From assembly GCA_943789275.1 (NCBI GenBank), contig CALSTM010000002.1, positions 300,001 to 332,000 of the forward strand: a DNA stretch of 32,000 nt, in the 5' to 3' direction. Positions within the stretch are counted from its first letter, which is position 1. Each line of letters starts with the position of its first letter. Shown piece after piece: positions 17,018 to 31,082 of this stretch. A model generated the notes under the pieces. It ran no database searches. It saw only the letters and a list, made by a program, of their open reading frames with translations, and was not told where the DNA came from. A program made the translations under genes and the position numbers. This DNA is from Candidatus Poseidoniaceae archaeon (lineage in GTDB: Archaea; Thermoplasmatota; Poseidoniia; Poseidoniales; Poseidoniaceae).

Positions 17018-18349
17018 ATGGCAGGTAAGAAGCGTAAGGCGAAAGCAAAGATTCGCGTAGCGCATGAACTGCCCCGAAGACGCAGAAATGCAATTCAAGA
17101 AGCGATGGCTGCACACAAACCCGAAGACCGCCCAGAATGGGACCGAGGAGCCAAATGGAGCAACACTCGATTCTATCGTAAAATCATCAAACCGGGAACA
17201 ATGCGAACCGTCCACATGCCCTTGTTGGAAACGGACCTGGGTGACTCATGGCCGATACCGGTAACCATTCTCCATGGTAGCCGACCTGGCCCAACGATAA
17301 CCATACTTGGTGGCGTTCACGGCGATGAATTAACCGGGCCCTCAACCTGCACACATTTGCTTTCAAACGCTTTTACCGATGAGGGGAAACCCCTTGACCC
17401 GACAAAAATGGCCGGTACCATTCGAATTGTACCGATTGTCAACCTACCTGGCTATCGTGCAAAATCGAGATACTTCCCCGATGGTCGAGACCTCAATCGT
17501 CATTTCCCTGGCGACCCCAAAGGCTCAACGACGAAGCGTGTTGCTGCCCAGGCATGGAAGTATTTGTTTTCGGACGCTGATGCGATTGTGGATTTACACA
17601 GCGCCGGAAAAGGTAGGTCAAACATGCCGCAAATTCGGGCAAACTTGGCTCATGCAGGCTCAAATATACTCGCCAAAGCGTTCGGCATTGAGATTATACT
17701 TGATTCAAAACCACCATCGGGTTCACTTCGTAAAGCAGCGATTGCCCTCGACATCCCCGTAGTCACGTACGAAGGTGGAGGAGCAAATACTCTGGATCAC
17801 GAATCGGTAAAAGTGGCCATGCATGGGGTATTGAACGTGTTACGTTCGTTCCGAATGATCGATGGAAATCCACTCCGCCCTCGATTCCGAATGCTTGCAA
17901 GCGGCTCTCACTGGCTACGAGCGGGTGAAGGGGGGCTACTCGACATGTTTGTCTCCGCAGGCTCAGTGATGAGAGAAGGGGAAGTGATTGCAACTATTTC
18001 CGATCCGGGTACTCCCGGCATCACCGTTGATATTGTAGCACCTGAGGACGGCTTACTCATCGGTGCAGCAACCAATCCATTTACAGCAGCAGGAATGCCT
18101 GTCGGGCATTTTTTACCCGTCTCGAAGCATCTTAAACTGCTCAGTGACCAAATTGATACAAACGGTAAATTCCTCGTTTGTGGCTCTCAAGGTGAAGCGG
18201 TATGGAGAGAAGAACAAGACATTGATGAGGTCGCTGTTGAAGGCGATTGGAGCGGTGGAAGTGTTGATTCAGAATGGACAATCACCAAAGAAATCAACGA
18301 AACTCAAGCCGACACTTTCAGCGACAACGAAGAAGAAGCTGAAGCTTGA
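17018..18349 (+). CDS. Succinylglutamate desuccinylase/aspartoacylase-family (M14-like) zinc hydrolase
   Basis: Motifs present: ILGGVHGDELTG, GRDLNRHFPG and VDLHSAGKG. It has a basic N-terminal extension and an acidic C-terminal tail. Confidence 0.8.
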   Translation: MAGKKRKAKAKIRVAHELPRRRRNAIQEAMAAHKPEDRPEWDRGAKWSNTRFYRKIIKPGTMRTVHMPLLETDLGDSWPIPVTILHGSRPGPTITILGGVHGDELTGPSTCTHLLSNAFTDEGKPLDPTKMAGTIRIVPIVNLPGYRAKSRYFPDGRDLNRHFPGDPKGSTTKRVAAQAWKYLFSDADAIVDLHSAGKGRSNMPQIRANLAHAGSNILAKAFGIEIILDSKPPSGSLRKAAIALDIPVVTYEGGGANTLDHESVKVAMHGVLNVLRSFRMIDGNPLRPRFRMLASGSHWLRAGEGGLLDMFVSAGSVMREGEVIATISDPGTPGITVDIVAPEDGLLIGAATNPFTAAGMPVGHFLPVSKHLKLLSDQIDTNGKFLVCGSQGEAVWREEQDIDEVAVEGDWSGGSVDSEWTITKEINETQADTFSDNEEEAEA

Positions 18350-19606
18350 TTATGCACTCAAGAAGGACTCAACGGTATCTTTGACTTCTTGGTCTTCCAT
18401 ATTCCTGCGCTGCGTCTTAGCAACTTCAAACACGTGAGCAACCAAATCATCGGATGCTTCGTAACCGTTTTGCTCAAGCCACCAGATGATGTTTGAACGG
18501 CCGGCCATGTGTCCGATTCGAATAACTTGCTTGAGGCCAAAGTCGCCAGCGGGAACACCTGAATAGACTCGGTCTGCCAACCAGTGGTCGCCTTTCTTCA
18601 TGGCTTTGATAACTGCTGATGCATGAACACCGGTTCCGGTTTCAAAGGCATCCATTCCAAACACTGGATAATTTCGAGGGAGCGGGACTTCGATATACTC
18701 GTTGGCTTTTTGCATGTAAGCATCAAGTTGCGTCAAATCGTTTTCAATAACACCGAGGAGTTTCAAATTGACGAGCGTTTGGTCAAGAGGTGCATTACCT
18801 GCTCGCTCTCCAACACCAAGGGCCGTACCATGAATCACATCTGCGCCGGCTTCAACCGCTGCGATGTTGTTGGCAACACCGAGGCCTCGGTCTTGATGGC
18901 CGTGCCAGTTTACTTCAATTTCTGAGCGCTTGTAGCCTGAATCTTTGATGACTTCTTCGTCAATGAATTGGAGCAATTGCTTGACACCGTTTGGAGTCAC
19001 GTGCCCACATGTATCGCAAATACACAACCGTCGTGCACCCAATTCCATGGCTCGTTCGTAGATGAGTTTGACATCCTCTGGTTTAGAACGGGTTGTGTCT
19101 TCTGTAACGAACATCACTGGAACATCGTTTTCCACGGCGTATGATACGGCTTTCTCCATGGTTGCGAGGAGTTTCTCCATCGTCCATCCTTCGGTGTATT
19201 GGCGTATTGGGCTGGTGCCGAGGAAAGCACTGGCTTGGATTGGAATACCGTGTTTTGCTTGCATTTCAACGAGCGGTTCAATGTCACTCATAAGGGTACG
19301 AACGGCTGCACCCGGTCGAATCTGGAAATCATTCTCAGTAATGTGAGATAACATAGCATCAATGTGTTCCAAATGGAACGGGCCTGCTCCAGGAAGTCCA
19401 AGATCGACTTTTTGGATTCCGAGTTTTTCCATGAAACTTAGCAACTCAATCTTTTGGTCAATTGTTGGATTTCGTGCGCTTGGGCTCTGTAATCCGTCTC
19501 GAAGCGTCTCATCATCAAACCAGACGCCGTGCGGATGATTCGCAGGGTTTCTGTTCAAATCGTAATCAACTGTATTCCAATCGTAAATCAAAGAGCGCTC
19601 TTCCAT
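18350..19606 (-). CDS. DRE-TIM metallolyase, 2-isopropylmalate/homocitrate/citramalate synthase-like
   Basis: Motifs present: DETLRDGLQSP, HGHQDRGLGVANNIAAVEAGA and GTALGVGERAGNAPLD. At 418 aa it has no long LeuA regulatory domain. Substrate specificity cannot be read from the sequence. Confidence 0.8.
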   Translation of the reverse strand: MEERSLIYDWNTVDYDLNRNPANHPHGVWFDDETLRDGLQSPSARNPTIDQKIELLSFMEKLGIQKVDLGLPGAGPFHLEHIDAMLSHITENDFQIRPGAAVRTLMSDIEPLVEMQAKHGIPIQASAFLGTSPIRQYTEGWTMEKLLATMEKAVSYAVENDVPVMFVTEDTTRSKPEDVKLIYERAMELGARRLCICDTCGHVTPNGVKQLLQFIDEEVIKDSGYKRSEIEVNWHGHQDRGLGVANNIAAVEAGADVIHGTALGVGERAGNAPLDQTLVNLKLLGVIENDLTQLDAYMQKANEYIEVPLPRNYPVFGMDAFETGTGVHASAVIKAMKKGDHWLADRVYSGVPAGDFGLKQVIRIGHMAGRSNIIWWLEQNGYEASDDLVAHVFEVAKTQRRNMEDQEVKDTVESFLSA

Positions 19607-19620
19607 TGAACATCACCGCA

Positions 19621-19683
19621 TCAGCCGACTTGGGCCGGTGCATGACGAGTCACAATGGAATCATGTTTCAATGCGTCGGCTGA
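19621..19683 (-). other. 9-bp perfect stem (UCAGCCGAC/GUCGGCUGA) with a 45-nt loop, between gyrA and the synthase-like gene
   Basis: The arms are at 19621-19629 and 19675-19683. The loop contains two segments complementary to the downstream start-codon region. Confidence 0.45.
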
Positions 19684-19689
19684 AGAAAA

Positions 19690-24445
<4,756 letters not shown>

Positions 24446-24449
24446 TTAG

Positions 24450-24522
24450 CGCATAGAAATGGACTTAGAAAAACGGAATTATGTGAGATAATTTTGGCCC
24501 GCAGTCCTCTATTTTCTATGCG
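24450..24522. repeat. 10-bp perfect inverted repeat (CGCATAGAAA / TTTCTATGCG) with a 53-nt spacer
   Basis: The arms are at 24450-24459 and 24513-24522, inside the gyrB/aroD divergent intergenic region. Confidence 0.6.
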
Positions 24523-24687
24523 TCACTCCCCTCTACAAACATACCCTGTGCCGAGGGGGTATAAAGATACTGCAAAGGGCCCGTCGGAAGGTGCTAAAAC
24601 GAACGCTCACCACTCCCTACAATCGACCCTTTTTAGTGGGTTTTTGTCAAATAAAAATCGTGGAAATCAGACCATAAAAAATCAAAA

Positions 24688-25557
24688 ATGGAACTGAAGT
24701 TTCAACATCCAACAAGCGAGAGCGTTAAGAAGCGGGCCAAAGTCGCCGAAAGCATGCCCAACCCGAAGATATGCGTCTCTCTCGAAGAAACAACCGTCAA
24801 AGCAATGGTTGACGAAGCGGCTCGCGCCGGAATTCAAGGAGCAGACATGGTCGAAGTTCGGTTTGACCGATTGTACCTTACCAAGCCTCAAGCCACCGTC
24901 GTCGAAGACGAAGAAGGAAACCGCACATCAACAATGCCTCCAGTCAACGACTGGGCTGTGGCCGATGTATCGGAACTCGACGTTGCTGAATCTATTGCAG
25001 CATTGAAAGAAGGAATCCCTCTGCCTGTCGTTTTTGCAGTTCGCCCAGTCCGAGAAGGTGGCCACTTCCCCGGAAACGAAAAAGAACGCATTGCAATCCT
25101 TGAACACGCAGTGAGCTCAAACGTAGCTTGGGTAGACCTCGAAATTTCCATTGCCGCTAAAGAGCGCAAAGCACTGGTCAAGGCGGCAAAGGCAGCAAAT
25201 TGCCAAATTATTGCATCCCAGCATGATGTCGAAGGCACTCCAAGCGCAGAAGAAATCATCACGATGGTTTCTGAAAACGGAGAACACGGTGATGTTTTCA
25301 AGTACTGCAGTACCGTTAACGATCATCAAGATGCACTGCAAATCATTGATGCAGCCAATACACTGTCAACTCAGGATTCAACACCGCTTTACAGCCTTAT
25401 GGCGCTCGGTAACGGTGGAGACTGGGCGCGACTTCACGCACCTACACTTGGTCAAGAGATGGTCTACGCAACCATGCGTGATGAATTCCGACTCTCTGAC
25501 AAGGGCCTTGTTAACGTTCGAGACCTCCAAGATGCTTGGAGACTCCTTGAGTATTGA
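24688..25557 (+). CDS. aroD: 3-dehydroquinate dehydratase, type I
   Basis: Compared with E. coli AroD: KICVSLEE...ADMVEVRFD, IIASQHD..GTP (catalytic His), FKYCST (Schiff-base Lys position) and SLMALG. An alternative start MPNPKICV is at 24754. Confidence 0.8.
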   Translation: MELKFQHPTSESVKKRAKVAESMPNPKICVSLEETTVKAMVDEAARAGIQGADMVEVRFDRLYLTKPQATVVEDEEGNRTSTMPPVNDWAVADVSELDVAESIAALKEGIPLPVVFAVRPVREGGHFPGNEKERIAILEHAVSSNVAWVDLEISIAAKERKALVKAAKAANCQIIASQHDVEGTPSAEEIITMVSENGEHGDVFKYCSTVNDHQDALQIIDAANTLSTQDSTPLYSLMALGNGGDWARLHAPTLGQEMVYATMRDEFRLSDKGLVNVRDLQDAWRLLEY

Positions 25558-25590
25558 AGAGGCATGCAGCCTCTTTAGAACGGGTTTTTT
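25557..25590 (+). terminator. Candidate terminator: 7-bp hairpin plus T6
   Basis: AAGAGGC-atgca-GCCTCTT (25557-25575) is followed by a TTTTTT run at 25585-25590. It sits in the 38-nt gap between convergent aroD and the 382-aa gene. Confidence 0.4.
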
Positions 25591-25595
25591 GCCAG

Positions 25596-26744
25596 TCAAC
25601 TTTGATCTCCGAGTTCGGGATGTTCCTCACTCAAACTGTTTTGATGAAATGTTTCCATAGGTATTGGGTCAGGGAGAGGGACTGGTTCTTGCCATTGCTT
25701 CGTTACCGGTTCAACTTCCTCCCATCGATCTGGATGTTGTGCGGGAGTATCAAGCGATGGAACGATGCTTTGCACTTGTTCGGGCACCATTAGTCCAGCC
25801 TTCATGTAACGAGCGTTGAGGATGAACGGTGCAATAAGCGTAGCCAAGAATCCTACAAGGAACACAATGGCAACAGTGTAAGGTGGTAAAACCAAACTGC
25901 GTTCAGTCGTGATGATGGTGATATCGGCAGCCACAATCGTATCCGGCGCTTCAGCATCAAAATCATGCACATTGTCCCATGTGTCGATAACGATGTAGAA
26001 GTCTTGCCAGTCGGTTCCTGAAAAGAACGAAGTGTAGATTTCAGGGCCGTCCAAGTTTAAGGCGAAATTAACCTCTGAGGTTTTCTCATACTCATGCGAA
26101 TCACGGTACGACTTCCACCCAAGGAAATTGAAACTTCTCCATTCGGGTGGAATATCTGATAATGATTCTTGGACCTCGCCGTTGTAATACCACGCGTTTT
26201 CATCGTGACTTGAATGGTATGATTCTTCATAGTTTGAGTATTGCTCAGTGGTGAAAAGATACACATCGGCATTGACTGGATTGAAATTTGTATCTTGCAA
26301 GGTAATGCAAACTGTTGTTCGATAATCTGCTGAGAGGTTCACTCGTAAAGCTCCAACACTGTCGTTTCCGATGAGCATGGTCGTGAAGTGGTTCACTTCC
26401 AAAGGCTCGAGTCGAGGAGTGTAATAGTTGTCGTACATCCACGGCTCTTCTGGACTCAGTTCAGCGTTATAGCCTGGTTGAGACGAAGAGGATGATTCCG
26501 GCGAGTCTCCCATTTCGCCACGTTCCATTTCATCTTCGTAGTAAAAACCGCTCCACCACATGCTGTTGTGATGTGGAACCAAAGATGTGCGTTGAACGGT
26601 CTCATTCCAAGCAACAGGAGTTGTGTCACCTGCACAAGCATCTGCTGCCTGCACCTGTACCGCCAGTGGCGACGAAAGCGACATGAAAAACAACGGCAGG
26701 AGGAGGGTCAAAGTGATTGAACCTACTCGAACATGTGCTGACAT
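25596..26744 (-). CDS. Hypothetical secreted, C-terminally membrane-anchored protein (382 aa)
   Basis: Signal-like N-terminus (ITLTLLLPLFFMSLSSPLAVQVQA), an aromatic/acidic ectodomain, a TM (VAIVFLVGFLATLIAPFIL), and a Pro/Glu-rich tail. GAGGGGGAG lies upstream of the ATG. It is 48 nt downstream of the 1400-aa gene. Confidence 0.6.
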   Translation of the reverse strand: MSAHVRVGSITLTLLLPLFFMSLSSPLAVQVQAADACAGDTTPVAWNETVQRTSLVPHHNSMWWSGFYYEDEMERGEMGDSPESSSSSQPGYNAELSPEEPWMYDNYYTPRLEPLEVNHFTTMLIGNDSVGALRVNLSADYRTTVCITLQDTNFNPVNADVYLFTTEQYSNYEESYHSSHDENAWYYNGEVQESLSDIPPEWRSFNFLGWKSYRDSHEYEKTSEVNFALNLDGPEIYTSFFSGTDWQDFYIVIDTWDNVHDFDAEAPDTIVAADITIITTERSLVLPPYTVAIVFLVGFLATLIAPFILNARYMKAGLMVPEQVQSIVPSLDTPAQHPDRWEEVEPVTKQWQEPVPLPDPIPMETFHQNSLSEEHPELGDQS

Positions 26745-26792
26745 GACTCCCCCTCAAACTGCTATGAGCAAGGAGGTTATACAAACTAACGG

Positions 26793-29700
26793 TCAACTTC
26801 GTCGGCGAAGAGGCCGGATGTACCCGCTGTCATCACTCCTGCGCTCGTCTTTGGATAGAATGCCTGGTGCTGGCGGGGGCGTGTGGTGGTCCATACCCAA
26901 TAATCCGCCTTGACTTTCAACATGCTCCACATCGGTATAGGCCTCTGCTGCTTGTTTTGCTTCGTCTTCCAGATCCGACGGTTCACGCATAACCAGCCAT
27001 CCAAGGATAAGAGCAACTGAAATCAGTGCCACAAGGGTAGCCAAATCTGAACCAGCATCGGTCAACCAACCTTTCCAATCTTCAACACTAAAGTCGGAAA
27101 GTGAAGGAGGGTCTGATGGCTCTGGGCTGACTTCTATTTCGAGGTCCATCATGTCACAAATACCTACGCTGTCGCACACTTCCAATCGTATTGTGTAGAG
27201 TCCTACTTCATCCCATGAACCAGAAACTCGGCTTTCTGAACCTGCTATTGGGTCAATCCAATCGTCTGCAGGGTCCCCGTTTTCATTCGTATCGACTTCA
27301 ATGTCCAGGTCCCACCGAATTACAAGCTCTGGACTGAGCGTTTCGTCCCGGTCCGAAATTGAACCATCGTTGACATTGGTGTCTCGGTAAACGGCAATGG
27401 CCAAGTCAGATTCAAGGTCTGAAATGTTGGCGCTGACCGAATAGGAGTCGGTCACAATAATTTCCTCTTGGATAAAAATATCATGAATAACCGGTGGGTG
27501 GTCAACAACGACCGTGAACAGTGAACGGGAAACATCGCCCGTTCCAAACGCATCTCGAACTGTAAGTGAAACGGTGTACTCACCTGGTAGAGAATACGAA
27601 TGCCAGGGTGTAGGTTCGGAATTCAAAGGAGAACCATCGCCAAAGTCCCAAGTGTATTGGACAAGTCCATTCCAGTCAGGAGAGTTGGCATCGAGTGGAA
27701 CGTATTTCCCTTCGAACGTTTGGTCACCGTCTCGTGTCCCATCGGAGTCAAAATACAGCAAAGCATGAGGCGCTGCAAACGTTTCATCTGCTTCATTGAA
27801 GGTTCGAGACCAATCCAAATCGGTGACTTCAGGCAACGAACTGGAATCCGTCATTTGTTCCCCATTGTACCACGCATCAAGAATTCGAACGGATATGATT
27901 GGCAGTGGGTTCGCGATTTCTACAGTCAGGACACGAGCGATGCTTTCTGCACCAGCCTCATCCGTGACGACCAAGACGACGGTATGGGTGCCTGGAAGTG
28001 AAAAAGTGTGGGTCACTTGCGGGCTTGACCCAAACGTACCGTCATCGGAGAAACTCCAATTGTACGTCAAATCACTCGAGTCACCGACCGTACCATCGGG
28101 GTCAAACGAGTCTCTACCGTCGAAGGTATAAGGCGTCTCCACCTGTCCGTCTTCAACTCGGAAATCGATGAGTGAGGTGCCGGAACTTGTCGTTTTGACC
28201 ACGAAATCAGCGACTGGAATCTGGTTCAACACCAGGACTGTCAAAGTTGTTGAAACGGAACTTCCGTCATCGTCAATTACGGTTAATTCTGCTGACTTAA
28301 GTCCAGGAGTATTCCACGAAGGCATAGGATTTGATTGAGAAGAAGTCGTTTGTGTAAAATCGTCGCTTCGGTCTGAAACACCAACTCCCAAGTTCACTCC
28401 TTCAGGGAAGAACCATGCATACGATACAATGCTTCCATCATCGTCTTTGAACACATCAGGCATGACAATGGAATTGTAAGTTGAAGTCGAGAGATTGTCC
28501 GAGAATATCTGGTAAGGAATACGGTTGTTGACAATAACTTCGATGCTCTTCACGCCTAAATTAATGCCGTCGGACACCGTGAGAGTCAGGTCGTAAGTTG
28601 CATTCACGCCGTTGATGTCCCCCCATTCATGCGGAGCTTGGAAAAGGCCAACGCCGCTGTCAATAACGCCGTCACCCCAATTCCATTCAAAGGTCAAGTT
28701 CTGAGTAGGTACATTGTCTGAAGTGAGCGAGGCAGAAAACAAGATCAGTTGCTCAGTAAGAATAGAGACTTGATTTTCGATAACAACGCCGTTGACCGTA
28801 ATGAGCGGTACTGGAGGGGAAATGTCTGTGATGTTCAATTGCAATACGTCGACATCCGACCACGAGCCTCCTTGATCTTCGATTCGAAGCGTTGCGTTGT
28901 AGAGTCCAATGTCCTTGTAAGAGCGAAGTGGAGATTTGAGCCCAGAGGTCATCCCATCTCCAAAATTCCAAGCATAAGCGACGGGTGAATCAGAATACGG
29001 CAAGGAATTGTTGTCGAAAGAAAGGCCCCAAGCGTCAAATCCATCGCCTGTGAATTGGATGTTTTCCCAAGTTTGAGATTCATTTGGAGCAACCGTGCCG
29101 TTTGCCGTTGGCCTCATGTTGTCCAATACCTGAGGAGAAGTCGACAAGGTGTCTACAGTGGTACCAATCATGTCGGTCATTTCCATCTCGAAGGTGAATT
29201 GAGAATTTTTTGGAGCAGTGAACCAAACGCTTTCCTCAGTAGGGATACCGCCACCTGCTGAAACTCTCTTCGTTTGCGTATCGATGACAATTCCACTGCT
29301 GTCAAGTACCTTGGTCGTCACGTCCAAATCCTCAAAAAAGGCGTTCGAAAACACTTGATAGTTAATTTGAGCAGTGTCTGATGCCCCATCGCCGTCCCGG
29401 TCGCTCAAGACGGTGTTGTTGAGGGTGATCGTTGCAGGTGAAGTGATTCGCGCTGCTTCGATATCGACGGTCCCTTGGGGATATGATGGGCCACAAGAAG
29501 TGTAATCGCAATCAGCAACGGTACTTGCGTACCATGTGATGGCCCACACTTCATTGGTGAGGTTGCCGAACCCGGGAATAAGTGCGGTTGCAACATTGTT
29601 TTGGAAATCCAAGTCGGTCACCGACCATAATCCATCCGCAGTGGCCTTCGAGACAACAACGCCGTCGAATTGACTCACATCAGCGGTAAGCCGCATTGTA

Positions 29701-30995
29701 AGAGGAGCTGGGGAAGAAGCGCCGGGAGTGAATTGGAAGGCTCGAATACCCCAGCCTTCCACGGAATGCCCTGTTGAGGACCAAGGTCCAGCCCAGTTGC
29801 TGTTGGTGTCAGCTGGTTGAACGCGGCAAAAAGAACCGGAAGAGCACGTGGGTGTCAAGTCTAAGTTCGAGAAACCATAGATGCCTTGGTCGGAGTCAAG
29901 AACTGCTGCAATCGAAAAGTTCGCAAAAATTTGTTCCATCGTCCTTCCAATTTTCCCGCTTTGACCGCTCACTGGAGAGATGGCCAAATTTTCAACTCCG
30001 AGTCCGCCAGTTGCGGAATCCTGAACCAGTTGACGAACAGCAGGTCCGCCGCCGAGGTGGTCAGCCAGATACATCGTGAAGATGAAACCTGCACCGTAAT
30101 CTGCAAACCGTTGGTTCCACCAGCGAACCGAAAGTTCTGAAGATTGAGTCCACTGGTTGAGATGGCTTACAAGCGTCGAGTCTGCTCCAAAGCAGAGGTA
30201 AATAGCGACATCAGCGTTACCCTCATCGATCCAGAGGTTTTCATATGGATCTTGGGCATTGTGCAGAAGGTGCTCAAGTTCGTGGGCAAGAATGGATTTA
30301 CCCCAAGAGAGCGTAACGTCTGCGTAATCAACGTAGACAGCTTCGCGGGCACTGGAGAGCGAAGGAGCAAAGTAACCGCCGATGTTGTAGGCACCATCGA
30401 TGTCGTAAATGACAATTTGAACCTGACAATTGTTGTCAACATCGGGTGGAGCAAGTCCTCGACCGTCTTGGTAGTCCTTGCCGTAATAGGTGGTCATTGT
30501 TGGATAAATGGTTTGGTCCCATGAAGAGGCGAGATTGTTGAGAACTGTTGAACTCAATGTTCGACCGGATTGTACCAAGAACGCTACAGTCGTCGTCGTC
30601 TTAGCGACATAGGTGTCAATTGAACCACCTGAGGTAGGGACCGTCAATTGGTCGTTGACAATGTGAGGGGAGCATGCCCTCCCAGCAGCACGCCCGGAGG
30701 TAACAGGCTCGTAGGACATGTCTTCAACGCCAGGTCGGCCGGCATCGATCCACTCCTGTTTGAGGAATGAAAAGGCAGAAACAACGGGTTGTTCCTCTTC
30801 AATCATGAGATATTGGTTGCCCATTTCCAGTTCGAAATCAGCCACATCACCGATGACTATGCCACCGGCATCGTAAGGCAGCACCTCATATGTTTCCTCT
30901 GATTCTGCGCTAACATTGAGGAGAAGTGGAGAGACACCTGAGACAAAGAGCAGCAGCACGAGGAGCATGGCGGTATTGGAGCGTAGTTCCGACAT
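26793..30995 (-). CDS. Giant surface-anchored gluzincin-like metalloprotease with multiple PKD-like domains (1400 aa)
   Basis: Signal peptide at the N-terminus. HELEH...WIDEG motif. At least four PKD signatures: YAWNFGDG, FEWNWGDG, YNWSFSDDG and YTWDFGDG, each followed by a T(V/L)xDxxG-like strand. C-terminal TM (LATLVALISVALILGWLVM) and a ~70-aa cytoplasmic tail. Confidence 0.8.
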   Translation of the reverse strand: MSELRSNTAMLLVLLLFVSGVSPLLLNVSAESEETYEVLPYDAGGIVIGDVADFELEMGNQYLMIEEEQPVVSAFSFLKQEWIDAGRPGVEDMSYEPVTSGRAAGRACSPHIVNDQLTVPTSGGSIDTYVAKTTTTVAFLVQSGRTLSSTVLNNLASSWDQTIYPTMTTYYGKDYQDGRGLAPPDVDNNCQVQIVIYDIDGAYNIGGYFAPSLSSAREAVYVDYADVTLSWGKSILAHELEHLLHNAQDPYENLWIDEGNADVAIYLCFGADSTLVSHLNQWTQSSELSVRWWNQRFADYGAGFIFTMYLADHLGGGPAVRQLVQDSATGGLGVENLAISPVSGQSGKIGRTMEQIFANFSIAAVLDSDQGIYGFSNLDLTPTCSSGSFCRVQPADTNSNWAGPWSSTGHSVEGWGIRAFQFTPGASSPAPLTMRLTADVSQFDGVVVSKATADGLWSVTDLDFQNNVATALIPGFGNLTNEVWAITWYASTVADCDYTSCGPSYPQGTVDIEAARITSPATITLNNTVLSDRDGDGASDTAQINYQVFSNAFFEDLDVTTKVLDSSGIVIDTQTKRVSAGGGIPTEESVWFTAPKNSQFTFEMEMTDMIGTTVDTLSTSPQVLDNMRPTANGTVAPNESQTWENIQFTGDGFDAWGLSFDNNSLPYSDSPVAYAWNFGDGMTSGLKSPLRSYKDIGLYNATLRIEDQGGSWSDVDVLQLNITDISPPVPLITVNGVVIENQVSILTEQLILFSASLTSDNVPTQNLTFEWNWGDGVIDSGVGLFQAPHEWGDINGVNATYDLTLTVSDGINLGVKSIEVIVNNRIPYQIFSDNLSTSTYNSIVMPDVFKDDDGSIVSYAWFFPEGVNLGVGVSDRSDDFTQTTSSQSNPMPSWNTPGLKSAELTVIDDDGSSVSTTLTVLVLNQIPVADFVVKTTSSGTSLIDFRVEDGQVETPYTFDGRDSFDPDGTVGDSSDLTYNWSFSDDGTFGSSPQVTHTFSLPGTHTVVLVVTDEAGAESIARVLTVEIANPLPIISVRILDAWYNGEQMTDSSSLPEVTDLDWSRTFNEADETFAAPHALLYFDSDGTRDGDQTFEGKYVPLDANSPDWNGLVQYTWDFGDGSPLNSEPTPWHSYSLPGEYTVSLTVRDAFGTGDVSRSLFTVVVDHPPVIHDIFIQEEIIVTDSYSVSANISDLESDLAIAVYRDTNVNDGSISDRDETLSPELVIRWDLDIEVDTNENGDPADDWIDPIAGSESRVSGSWDEVGLYTIRLEVCDSVGICDMMDLEIEVSPEPSDPPSLSDFSVEDWKGWLTDAGSDLATLVALISVALILGWLVMREPSDLEDEAKQAAEAYTDVEHVESQGGLLGMDHHTPPPAPGILSKDERRSDDSGYIRPLRRRS
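30222..30284 (-). other. Zinc-binding motif HExxH-x15-E of the 1400-aa protein
   Basis: ILAHELEHLLHNAQDPYENLWIDEGNA. The layout resembles M1/Peptidase_MA gluzincins (HExxH...W(L/I)(N/D)EG). Confidence 0.7.
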
Positions 30996-31051
30996 TTATG
31001 GGACCTCAAAGAACAGCAAGACTGCTAACATCTACACCAGTCGAAAAGAGG

Positions 31052-31059
31052 TATTTAAG
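31052..31059. promoter_or_regulatory. Candidate TATA box (TATTTAAG) in the divergent promoter region
   Basis: On the + strand it is preceded by purine-rich CGAAAAGAG (BRE-like). It is centred ~28 nt before the ATG at 31083, which implies a leaderless mRNA. On the - strand it reads CTTAAATA, ~60 nt before the ATG at 30995, which has its own GAGGT. Confidence 0.35.
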
Positions 31060-31082
31060 AGTGGGTCTATGAGGCTTCATAC

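Noticed and set aside
24494-24697. A 67-aa ORF within the gyrB/aroD intergenic region.
   Set aside because: It has no SD and a non-protein-like composition, and it runs into the aroD start. I treat the region as regulatory or non-coding.
26793-30995. PKD modules considered as possible DNA-level tandem repeats or a recombination hotspot.
   Set aside because: The repeats are recognisable only at the protein-motif level (WxFGDG). The flanking sequences are divergent, and I could not see extended nucleotide identity between modules.
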